Below, piece by piece: positions 34,023 through 45,700 of a stretch of DNA of 64,000 bases. How positions within the stretch are numbered: the stretch's first letter is position 1; every line of letters starts with the position of its first letter. The DNA comes from Heteronotia binoei (taxonomy: Eukaryota), in assembly GCF_032191835.1 (NCBI RefSeq), contig NC_083237.1:12090001-12154000 (forward strand), in the 5' to 3' direction. The position numbers were made by a program, and so were the translations under genes. The notes under the pieces are model-generated. The model was not told the DNA's origin, did not search any database, and saw nothing but the letters and a program-made list of their open reading frames with translations.

Positions 34023-36230
34023 CCTCCCCCGCCAAAGCGGGCTCAGGTATAGCCAGAGAAGATGCTGGGAGATCTGTCAACGGTTCTTCTTCCCAATATT
34101 TTTTGAGATGGTAACACGTGTGCAAGGGCTTAGTTTGGATTGGGGTTGTTCAGGCACAGGAGAGAGTGGTTTAACTGTTCTCCTAGGTGGTTTCACAAAT
34201 CAAAATTGACCACCTCCTAAGCACTGCTATTAGGGTTGCCAACTCTGGTTTGGGAAATTCCTGGAAATTTGGGACAATGCCTGGGGAAAGTTGGGATTTG
34301 GGAAGGACTACAGTGGGGGTATAATGTCACAGAGTCTATCCTACAAAGCTGCCATTTTCCCCATGGGATCTCTGTAACTCATGGAGAACTCCAGGCCACA
34401 CCTGGAGGATGGCAACCCTATCACACTCCTTTTTGTTGTTGCGGTTGTTGTTCCTTCCGAGGCTAATACTAGCAGGGCATCAGTTCTGCTCGGTGAATCT
34501 ATGTAAAACCAAACCCAGCCTCTCCCCAACCTGATCCCAATCAGTATCCTGCACATCTATGTTACCCATCTGAGAAGCATTGAGAAGGTTCAGTCTCCTA
34601 ACAACTGATCTGGTGGTGGAAACCACAGCTGACTTATGGTGACCCCTGTAGGGTCAAGACAAGAGATCTTCAGAGGTGATTTGCCCTGGCCTGCCACTAC
34701 AGAGCAACCCTGGACTTCCTGGGTGGACTCCCATCAAAATAATAACTCCAGCCAACCCTGCTTAGGCTTCCAAGCTCTGACCAGATTAGACTAGCCTGGG
34801 CCAGGTCAGCAACTGATCTAAGAAAGCCTCAAGTTGCTTATAAACAGCAGGTGAAACTGGTGAACAGCAGGTGAAACAGTAGATTTTTAGGAAAGAGGGA
34901 AAGTCCTCAGGCAGATTTTCAAATGTGTAGTCTAATCTGCTGTGAATGCACAGATTCCTGCTATGCTGGTTCAAGAAGAATATTTATCACCATGGTAAAA
35001 TCTTGCCAGTTGAGTCAAAACCTAGACATGGAGTGGATTTTCCCAGTCTCTCTGGTTCAGGCAAAAGTACACAAGAAGTACAAATAAAGGACATGTGAGT
35101 CAGACCCTTGGTCCATCAAGGTCGGTATTGTCAACTCAGACTGCCAGTGGTTCTCCAAAGTCTCAGGCGGAGATCTTTCACATCACTTTCTGCCCAGTCA
35201 TTTTAACTAGAAATGCCAAGGATTGAACCTCAGACTTTCTGCATGCCAAGCAGATGATCTACCATGGGTCCCTCCCCAAAGCAGGGGCAGACCAGGAGGT
35301 CAAAACACCACAGGAGGTCTACCACCTTGCTGCCACATCCCCTCCCACCATCTCCTCATGGAAGGCTGAAAAGCCAGCTGGTAGGAAAGAAGGCACTACC
35401 ATGATTCTCCTCACCAGCTTCACTGCACCTAGGCCTGCACAGGAAAAAGCAGGGCATTACTGTGCCAGTGTTCCTCCTCGTCAACCCAGCCGAAGCCGGG
35501 CACCACTGTGCTTTTCCTTGGTGGCCCCATTACTTGGACAGAGATCTTGAAGGCAGAATCCCTCTAAGATTTGTCTGGGGAAAGTAAATGGCTAATCCAT
35601 CCTAGTCCCAAAAGCACTGAGCAAGAGTTCTAGCATGAGCTGAATTTTTGTGCTAAATCCAAACCATGGATGTGTGCCCTGCCATTCCATTCAGCCAAGT
35701 ATGAAGGTCTTCTCCATCCTCAGAAGTGTTCCTCTGATGGAAAAGCTAGATTTGAGTGGCCAGTAACACTGGAAAGGCCAAGAAGATATCCAAGGAATTA
35801 TAACAGGAACTTTCAAGAATGAAAACTGCTTTGATAAGATACCTGACGAAGGGAGCTTTGGCTCTCCAAATGATACTCTTATACCTGGAGATCTTATTGG
35901 TCTTTAAGTTTAGTTTAGTTTAGTTTAGTTTAATTTGTTTATAGCCCACCCTCCCTGCCAAAGCAGACTCAGGGCAGCCACAGGGCTTGAATCTAGCTTT
36001 TCCGTCAAAGGTACACTCCTGAGGATGGAGGAGAACTTCATACTTAGTTGGAGTCACTGCTCACTTAGCAGAGGCTCATGAGAGCTCATTCCATGCCATG
36101 AATTCTGTTGGTCAGGAAGGTGCTACTGGGCTCTTTTCTGCTACTACAGACCGACTAACATGGCCTCGATCTACGTCAAGAAGGGTGTAGATCATCAGTA
36201 CTTCCCACAAGTGTCAGTAGTCATGTATCT

Positions 36231-36560
36231 TCATTGTGGGGAGAGGAATGGAAAGGAGATTGTAAGCTACTCTGAGACTAAGTGAAGGGAAGGGTATAAA
36301 TCCAATCTCCTCCTCCTCCTCCTCTTCTTCTTCTTCTTCTTCTTCTTCATCATCATGTTATTATAATTAATTTTGTATGTGCTTAAGATCAGAGAAAAAG
36401 TGGACCATTGTGGGGAGAGGAAGGGAAAGGAGATTCTAAGCCACTCTGAGACGCTAAGTGAAGAGCAGGGTATAAATCCAAGCTCCTCCTCCTCTTCTTC
36501 TTCATCATGTGCTTATAATTCATTTTGTATGTGTTCAAGATCAGAGAAAAAGTGGACCAA
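36231..36560 (+). repeat. ~176-bp tandem duplication containing a SINE tail
   Basis: cattgtggggagagg...gagaaaaagtggacc occurs twice, head to tail. Confidence 0.8.
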
Positions 36561-36887
36561 TGTATTTCTTTGTTGTGTTTGTATCCCACCCTTCCTCTAA
36601 GGAGTCCAAGGTAGTATACATGGTTTTCCAGCCCTCCATTTTGTCCTCTCAGCAACCCCACCCCTCCCCACAACTCCTCAGCAAATAGGTGAGGATAAGA
36701 AAGGGAATAACGGATTTCAGAACACCCAATGAGGTAAACAGGTATGTGGGGATTCAAAGCCAGATGTCCCAAGGCATGGTTCCATCCTATAACCATTACA
36801 CCGCACTGCAACACACACTGTTTGGACTGCAATGATGAAAAGAACTGTGCACAGTGGTGACTTCTCCAGTACCATGGAGACTACAGA

Positions 36888-37189
36888 AGGAAAGGAAAGG
36901 TCCCCTGTCCAAGCACCAGTCATTTCCGACTCTGGGGTGACGTTGCTTTCACAACGTTTTCACAGCAGACTTTTTTACGAGATGGTTTGCCATTGCCTTC
37001 CCCAGTCTTTGACACTTTCCCCCCAGCAAGCTGGGTTTTACCAACCTCGGAAGGATGGAAGGCTGAATCAACCTTGGGCCGGCTACCTAAATCCAGCTTC
37101 CGCCAGAATCGAACTCAGGTCGTGAGCAGAGAGTTCAGACCACAGTACTGCAGTACTGCTGCTTTCCCACTCTGCGCCATGGGACCGCT
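36888..37189 (-). mobile_element. Sauria SINE
   Basis: 12-bp TSD GGAGACTACAGA. Another copy with an internal duplication at 46332-46757 has TSD TAGAGCCA. Confidence 0.85.
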
Positions 37190-37647
37190 GGAGACTACAG
37201 AGCAGACAGTTTAATCACCAGTTTAATCCCAGTTTAATCACCACTTCTTCAAATGATGCACCTTATCTTGATAAACTTCCTATTACAGGCTCTTGTTGAC
37301 TGAGGAAATGAGCGAAGAGATTTCTTTTCTTTTTGTTTACTCTATATAAAGCAAGTTTATTCTTTTTTTTCAACCCAATCAGGATCTACAAGGTGAAGAC
37401 CCTAAAAACACTAAAACATTAGAATAATTAAAAATGCATTGAAAATTATAAAATATCTCTGTTAACATCACATGAACAAATGACATCAGAAGGAAGGCCA
37501 GGAACAGTTACTCGGGGGTATGCCAAAATAACTTGCACTTCACCCACTGGCAAATGGCACTGGTAGAGGGAGACAGATAACTCTCCCTGGGGATGGAGTT
37601 CCACATTTTGGTGCCATCACCAAGAAGGCCCTTTTATGAGTTGCCAC

Positions 37648-37863
37648 CAGTGTTCCCTCTAAGCTGAGTTAGCGTGAGCTGGCTCACAGTTTTTTAGACT
37701 CCGGCTCACACGCTTTTGTCTTAGCTCAGGAAGGATGGCCCCAGAGCATACTAATATATGCAGTAGCTCATGACTTTAATGCCAGGAGCTCACACCTTTA
37801 ATAATAGGCACTCACAAAGTAGAAATTTTGCTCACAAGACTCTGCAGCTTAGAGGGAACATTG
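37648..37863. mobile_element. hAT MITE, CAGTGTTCCCTCTAAG family
   Basis: TIRs present; TSD GTTGCCAC/GTTGCCGC. Confidence 0.85.
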
Positions 37864-38528
37864 GTTGCCGCCCATCTAATTTCCGAGGGAGGGTCAGCAA
37901 AGATGACCACAGTGTAGGGTTCATATGTGATGAGGCAGTCCTTAAGTTATGGTGGTTCCAGGCCATACAGGGCATTAAAGGGCAGTATCAGTGCCTTGAA
38001 TTGAGAACATGAATTTAAAAGAAAGAAGAAGAAGAGGAGCAGGAAGAGGAAGAGGAGGAAATTGGATTTATACCCCACCCTTTACTACCCAAAGGAGTCT
38101 CAGAGAAGCTTACAATCTCCTTTCCCTTCCCCTCTCCACAACAGACACCCTGTGATATAAGTGGAGCTGATAGAGCTCTAACAAGACTGCTCTTGAGTAG
38201 AACAGCTCTGCAAGAACATGTGACTGACTCAAGGTCACATCAGCAGGTCCTCAACCTGCCCGCCGCCACCACTACCTCATATACATCATTAGTCTGGAGT
38301 GCTGCTTTCCAACCCATAGACCTAACACAGTTGCCACAAAAACCAAAGGAAATCAGTATGCCTAACAAAATAACATACCAATGAAAGCTGCAGTCTAAGC
38401 TAATGTGGTTATTAGTAGGCGCCATCTTTAAGAATGCAACGTAACCGCCCAAATTAATATAAAGGCAAGGTTTTAATGAATCACAACTATTCGTAGCATG
38501 CCTCTCAAAGCTCCTGCATTGCCACCTT

Positions 38529-39458
38529 TCATGAAAAGATCTTGTTGAATAGATGTTTCCTCATAACCTTCTTGATCTCTTCATTTCTCAAGGCATAAAT
38601 GATGGGGTTCAAGGCAGGAGTCACGGATGTATAAAAAACCGACACGCCTTTCAAGATTGGGTGGCTGGTGGTTGGCTGCATGTAAATCAGTATGCAAGGG
38701 CCGTAGAGGAGGATGACCACAGTGAGGTGAGAAGCACAAGTGGAGAAAGCCTTCTTCTTCCCTTCTTCAGAGCGCATCTTGAGAATGGTGTTGATGATGC
38801 GGATGTAAGAGCCCAGGATCAACGTTAAACTGCTCAAAGCCACAAGGCCGATGTTCACCATGACGATGGTTTCGTTGAGAGTGGTTTCTGCACAGGCCAC
38901 TTTCAGCAAAGGTGGAACGTCACAGAAATAGTGGTCAAGTTGGTAAGGGCCACAGTAAGGGAGGTGGAATGTGAGCACGGTTTGAAGAATAGAATGGAGT
39001 GTGCCCACCAGACATGTCCCAGCCACCAGCTTGGTGCAAGCCATTTTGTTCATGATCCCAGCATAATGGAGGGGGTCGCATATGGCCACGTAGCGATCGT
39101 AGGCCATGATGGTTAGCAGGAAGCACTCAGTGCCTCCAAAGAAGTGAAAGGCGTAGAGCTGAGCTACACAGCCCTTATAGGAAATGACTTTCAAGCCAGT
39201 GAGGAAGTCCGTCAGCATCTTGGGCACAGTGGCGCTGGAATACAACATGTCCAAGAGGGACAGCTCACAAAGGAAATAGTACATGGGAGAATGGAGTTGA
39301 GGGCTAAAAAGGACAGTGAGGAGTATGAGGAAGTTGCCAAGAAGTGTCAACATGTAAATGACCAGGAAGAACATGAAAAAGAGAAACTGGAGCCCCAGAA
39401 CTTCAGAAAACCCCAGGAGAGTGAACTGAATCTCCGCAGTGAGGTTAGGTTCTTTCAT
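38529..39458 (-). CDS. Olfactory receptor, family 10 (OR10D/10G-related), 309 aa, intact
   Basis: OR motifs intact; first in-frame ATG is at 39458 (MKEPNLT, N-glycosylation site NLT). The track start at 39479 is a GTG. Candidate acceptor CTTGAACAG near 39505. Confidence 0.92.
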   Translation of the reverse strand: MKEPNLTAEIQFTLLGFSEVLGLQFLFFMFFLVIYMLTLLGNFLILLTVLFSPQLHSPMYYFLCELSLLDMLYSSATVPKMLTDFLTGLKVISYKGCVAQLYAFHFFGGTECFLLTIMAYDRYVAICDPLHYAGIMNKMACTKLVAGTCLVGTLHSILQTVLTFHLPYCGPYQLDHYFCDVPPLLKVACAETTLNETIVMVNIGLVALSSLTLILGSYIRIINTILKMRSEEGKKKAFSTCASHLTVVILLYGPCILIYMQPTTSHPILKGVSVFYTSVTPALNPIIYALRNEEIKKVMRKHLFNKIFS

Positions 39459-41268
39459 CTGTCTTTCACTGTATTCCACATCTTATGAGCTCACAGTCTT
39501 GGGCCTGTTCAAGAGAAAGAGAATTTGAAACTGATTTCATTGAAGAGTACCTCAAACAGAAATCTAAAGCCCGCTCCTGTGTACAGCTAGGAGATCCAGT
39601 AGGACTCACTGAGATGTGGATTGAGCTGCTCGAAATAAACTAAAATAGGCACAATTCTGCAGATATTTAAGGATCTGAGTAATGTAGATAGAGATTTGTT
39701 ATATCCCTGTGTTTATAGGGACTCTCTCAATTTCTGGGAATTTCTTTTTTATTTTAAACCTAAATGGTAGCGTTTTAAGTGACTGTTGTAAATGCTATCA
39801 TCATCATTAACAGTTTGGCATTTTTAAAAATATGGAAGAGATAAGTACAAGCAGTCATGGTAGTGGTGACAGCATAATTCTATTTAAATCTACTGAGCTT
39901 CACTCCCAACAAGGTATCGTTAGGACTGCACTAAAAGAGTCACTTCTCTCTCAGTATCATCAAGCTTGACACAGCTTTTTAAAATTTGGATTTAGATATT
40001 GGATTTATATCCCTCCCTATACTCTGAAACAAAGAGTCCCAGAGCGGTTATAATCTCCCTTACCTTCCCCCCGCCCAACAAACACCCTGTGAGGTAGGGG
40101 GGGCTGAGAGGACTCTCACAGCAGCTGCCCTTTCAGGGACAACTCCTGCAAGAGCTATGACTGACCCAAGGCCATTCCAGCAGGTGCGTGTGGAGGAGTG
40201 GGGAATCAAACTTAGGTTCTCCTGGATAAGAGTCCACGCTCTTAACCACTACACCAAACTGGCTCTCAGTTAAACTAAAATCCTTAATTTCAGCCCAGTG
40301 CTGGCCACTGTACACAAATAGGACAATGATGATGACATTTCTCTCTTGCCTGCTAAGCAGAGAGGTTCTCACAGGTGTACAATAAGATGAAACCTGATCA
40401 AGGCAAGTTAACCAAAGTCCAACTTTTCAAAATGCTGCAACTCAAACAGCAGAAGCAACAGGTAAATCAAACAAACAGCGTAACAGTCTCTTTCATGGTA
40501 GCCCAAGTCTTGACAATGTAAAATAATTTTCACCTGAGTAGATGCCAGGAAGGAACTGAAGCCGGTCATCTCTGCAGTCAGCTATCCCTTCAGATGGTCT
40601 GCACAGAACAGAAGAGAAGCAGGATGCGGAAGAAGGTGAGGGTGCAGAGAAGGAAATACACGACACTACTTCATACTGAATTAGATCCTTGGTCCATCAA
40701 AAGCCAGCCTTGTCTACTCAGACTGGCTGGAGCTGTCCAGCGCCTAAGGCAGAGGTCTTTCCCATCACCTATGACTTGGTTCCTCGAAATGGAAATGCCG
40801 AGGATTGAACCTGAGCCCTTCTGCATGCCAAGCAGGTGCTTGTCCACTGAACCACAGCCCCTCCCAAGGGAAAACCTGAAGGAATATTTTGTGGATGGCA
40901 AATGTATTTCCAAATTGAAACTGGCAAATCTGCACCAGGCACAGTCAACATCTGGGACACTGTTCCTGGGAAACGGACAGCATCCAGTGTACAGTGAAGA
41001 GAGATTCTGTCGACTCCAGCTTCCCTAAGCAGTCAAGAATTGTTGCTGAGGACAAGAAATCTCTGTTGGGTTGTATGTTCTGAGTGCAAAAAGTATTCAC
41101 ATGTTAGACAGGAGCAGAATCGCATTTCAGATCCACTTCAGCGAGTAGAGTTGCCAACTCTGAGTTGGGAAATTCTTGGATTTATTTTTTTTTTGGGGGG
41201 GGGGAGAGGAGGTAAAACCAAGGGAGAACAGAATTTGGGGACGAGACAGACCTCACAGAGCATAAGAC

Positions 41269-41439
41269 CAGGGGTGGAATTCTAGCAGGAGCTCCTTCGC
41301 ATATTAGGCCACGCACCCCTGATGTAGCCAATCCTCCTGGAGCTTACGAGGCTCTTTTTTGTAAGCTCTTGGAGGATTGACTACATCAGGGGTGCGTGGC
41401 CTAATATGCAAAGGAGCTCCTGCTAGAATTCCACCCCTG
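41269..41439 (+). mobile_element. Canonical 171-bp palindromic hAT MITE nested in a TAGRGTTGCC-type MITE
   Basis: TIR CAGGGGTGGAATTCTAGCAGGAGCTCC; TSD CATAAGAC/CATAAGGC. Confidence 0.9.
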
Positions 41440-42547
41440 CATAAGGCTATAGAGTCTACCCTCCTCAGCAGCCATCTTCCCCAGGGGAACTGAGCTCTAT
41501 CATATGAAGGTCCCTTTTAATTCCAGGAGAGCTCCAAGTCCCACCCGGACGTTGGCAAACCTAGTTTTGAGACAACCCGAGAATCAGAATGCATGCCATA
41601 GATCCTTTTAAAATGCCTCAAAAGTCACAAGGTTCCTTGTCTTTCACTGGATTATGCTGGATGAACTGAATTCACTTCTCTCTCCCTTCATTTACAAAAG
41701 AAACCTGTATCTGACTTACCATATCTAGTTTTGTCTTTGCAGAAGTCAAAAGGGTAAACGTTTCAAAAGATATTGTGAACGAAATTTGTTTGTGGGTGCA
41801 TCAAGCGGAAACGGTCCTTGAAAACCTGTTCTAAAAGATCAGCACGATATAGCTGCAGGGTTTATACAACTTACTGGGTCTGTTGAGTACTCATCTGGAT
41901 AGAAATGTTGATGTTCTTTATAGCAAACTCATTTTATAAATGATTAATGTCCCAAGAGGATGGAGGGGTAGTCATGTTCTCTAAAGAGTCTACAGGCATT
42001 AGAAGATAATCACTGGGGCCTATTACACACGGGTGTTTTTCCCTTGCTTTTGCCACACATCTCTGTCAGGTTTCTTTTTCATTCTGCATTGATTCCCCTC
42101 CCCTCCCCCCCCCCCTCAGTTCGCTTTCTGGTTGCTGTTTCCCTGGAAGTGGTTTTGTACTGATTGGCCCCTGTGTTTCGTTTAGGAGCCAAAGGTAATT
42201 TAAAAGCTTACAGATTCACTTGGATCCTCCTCCCGCCCCTTTGCTGTCCCTAGAAGGCTACCCCCCCTCCCCCAGCAAGATCTGTACCTTTCCCCATTCA
42301 TCAATGTGCCAGCTCAGTGATTACTCTTTCCTTCATATCTTTTTTTTTTTTACAAGCGGCATGAGTCTAGCAATATGAGACTACAGCTAATCTCAGATAA
42401 GTGATGGGGGGGGGGAGAAATGAAGAAGAAGGAGAAGAAGATATTGGATTTATAGCCCACCTTCCACTTTGAATTTCAGAATCTCAGAGTGGATCACAAT
42501 CTCCTTTACCTTCCTCCCCCACAATAGACACCCTGTGAGGTGGGTGG

Positions 42548-42736
42548 GTGGTCATAATCTATTATTTCCCAATCGTTTTCCATTACCTGAGGCCACCATC
42601 TCAGGATTCCGTGGATGGTGTGGTGAGCATGTTCAACACCACAATAACCCCGTTTCTGAATTTTGTCATCTACACATTCAGGAATAAGGAGATGAAGGCT
42701 GCTCTGTCGAAACTGTGGGTTGGGAATCCCAATTAA
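42548..42736 (+). pseudogene. OR remnant (TM6 to C-terminus) of the 48018/60199 subfamily
   Basis: VVIIYYFPIVFHYLRPPSQDSVDG...NKEMKAALSKLW, fused on its 5' side to a partial SINE through gtgg microhomology. Confidence 0.88.
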
Positions 42737-42739
42737 ACA

Positions 42740-45700
42740 GCAATATGTTTTTATGGCTATGTGCTTCTAAGCTGTCATCACCAATCAACTCAGCTTGATT
42801 TCACCAATGTTGATTGGGCTGATTATCAGATTGCAGCTGGGGAGGGGGGGGTCACAGTGGCTGTAGATATTCATTTGTTTCACTTCAAAATGGAGCATGG
42901 AAATTAGAGAGAAATGTATGGCATAAATATAATAAACAAGATAGAGATTAAAGTGTTTATTTAAATAATTCTAGGCATCCACAATGCCACAGTTTAGCCC
43001 AAATTTTCCCAACCCATTGTTATTTTACGTTGTTAAACTGGCTCTGTGGAGCCTGAGGTACATAGACTCTCTTCTTTCTCCTATTCAGCCAGCATGGTGG
43101 AGTGGAGTGGTTGTTAATCACATTAAAACCGCTCTTTTCTGTATTGGGGGATTGGTTTTTTGTCAGATTAAAACTTGGAATGTCAGTTTAGGATGAGGTT
43201 TCAGATACCTGCTCATCCACGAAATTCACTGTATGACTTTAGGACACTTGCTAAGGGTCAGCCTAGCCCACCTCATAGTGGAGATAAAATGGGAGAATAC
43301 AACCATCTGTAAACCACCTTGAGTTCTATTGAATAGTTGCTGGCAAGATATGCTAGGGCGACTGTCATAATGTGATGGTTTTACTTGTAATTTATGAGTC
43401 TTCTATGAGTGGAAAGGGCACCTCTGGTTCCAATCCTATGACTGAATACAACCTACATCTTGGTATTTGTCAGTGTGTCAAAATGTAGTCAGTTTAGTAT
43501 AACTGGGCATTGGGAAAAAGAGTAGATACAAGGCTTAGGGCCTCCCACTCACATACCTTGGCTTAAGCAAAGTAACTACTCATTACAACAGGCAAAATGC
43601 AATATGGCACACTGGGAAGTGACTCCCCACTTCCCAAACTCTTTCCCTTCCAAACCCAACAGCCCAGCACAGTGTTACCTCTATGCTAAGTTAGTGTGAG
43701 CTCACATATTTTAGCCTCCAGCTCATACATTTTTTGTCTTAGCTCAAAAAAGATGACCCCAAAGCACACTAATTTATGCAGTAGCACACAGCTTTAATGT
43801 CAGTAGCTCACAAATTTTTGCTGACAAGACTCTGTAGATTAGAGGGAACATTGGTCCAGTAGTCAGTGTCGCAGAATTGCTGTTTTCTGGTTGAAGCTGA
43901 TCCAGCCACAGTCCTTCAGAAACTGGCCTCAAGTAGGAAGGAAAGTGTTCAGAGCCTCCCTCCTCGCCATTTGAGAGGAGTAATCAGCTCCAGTTCATAG
44001 GTGGGCGGTCTGCGGGCTAACTCCTCCAAAAGAAGTACATCCAATTTATGGTCGCCATTTTTTTTTACTATTTAGCAATATGCGGATAAGCGCAAAACCT
44101 CATAAGCGCCATAACAAGAAGGGCAAAGGGAGAAATTCTTCTGACCTATGCGCATGCGCTGAGGTAGCATTTATGCGCTTATGCGAATAAGTGAGGGAAA
44201 CAAATAAAAGCCTCCACAGTACCGTCGTGTGGAAGGCAGAGAACGATTTCACCCCAGAGTGATGTGAATTGCAGTATGGCAGCCTGATCGCTAATATCGG
44301 GAACAAAGATATTCATGAAGGAACTGGGTCAGTTTAACATGGACTCAACACACTGAGTGAACAAGCCTTCTGCACTACAGCCTTGAGAGTCTTCTCAGAA
44401 GGAGCCACTGTTAGCCCCATCACACAAACAAGAACTCTAATAAACACCAGCTCTGTCTCAGACTGCTTAGACTGCAGTCTCCCTCAGACTTCTCTCAGTC
44501 TGCTCTGAACTGAGATTTCTCTCTCCCTCTCCTCTTTAACTTCTTACGTTGGTTACCATGGAGGTGGTTAGCCAATCACAGTGAGTGTTTCCACTGTCAC
44601 TCATGCAAACTGCTTTCAGTCCATCACTCCCAGGCATTGGAAATAAGGGCAAATTCAAGGTCTAGGGCCTCCTTTCTTAAAGCCCCTGTCCCACTCACAC
44701 ACCTTGGCTTAAGCAAAGTAATTATTCATTACAATTTATTACAACAGGAAAAATACAATATGGACGGGACTTTTTTGAGCAGGAACGCAGTTTCAGCTGG
44801 CTTGGTGCCAGGGGGCGTAGCCTAATATGCGAATGAGGTCCTGCTGGGCTTTTTCTACCAAAAAAAGGCCCTGAATATGGTACAATGGATAATGTGCTCC
44901 CCACCCACCAAACTCTTTCCTTTCCCAACCCAACAGTCCTTGCTCCTAGCTCCAACCCCAAAGTTCCCAGATATTTCTTGAGTCAGACCTGGCAACCCTA
45001 CCTGCAGCCCATAGGTCATTTTGGCTGCCAAAAATGGGGTGGGTGGAGGTAACAGCCCTTCCTCTCCCTGCACCATGGTTGCAATCACAATGGAGCCCAT
45101 GCCAAATTTTTACTCAGGAGTTGCAACCGGGACTTGCAGTTGCAGTGTGGATGTAGCTTCCTCGTTGCAAACTCGTGGAAGAAGTAACTTCTAATTTGGC
45201 TGTAAGGAGAGGGGGAAGAAAATAAACCATTTTTATCAGATCCACACATTTACCTTAAAACATAACACCATTGCCTAAAAATATTTCAAAGCACCCAAAA
45301 ACCAGAGCTTAGCCCCAACAGTTCCCCAGTGACTTCACCACGTTGAAGTGCCTATAAGAAACTTTCAGAGATGTTTTAGACATTTTTCCATGGCAGTTAC
45401 TCAAATCTCTGGCTGCGTAACTTTGCCAAAACTGGAGAGTTACAAAAAGAAATAGCTCACCATTCAACAGGGTTGGGTTTTTTTCCTCCGTAGCAAACAG
45501 AAATATATCATTCCTCCAAATAGTGTTAGTGGAAAGGGTTCGTCATAAACATCATAATTGTCACCAGTGGGCATGTCTGCAAGTCTTTGGGGAAAAGACC
45601 AGAGTGGAAGGTTCTGACTCACAGATGATGAAACTTTATATAGACATGTGAGAAAGTAGAACGTGTTCCTGCTGATGGAGAGAACATTCATCCCACACTT

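Noticed and set aside
39459-39479. N-terminal extension MEYSERQ of the third OR
   Set aside because: The track start is a GTG; the ATG at 39458 gives a normal OR N-terminus.
43383-43401. Resemblance to the H-element homeodomain 21-mer (ACATAACTTTTTAATGAGTCT) in the duplicated flanks
   Set aside because: Only a partial match, and the TAAT core is missing (TTTATGAG).
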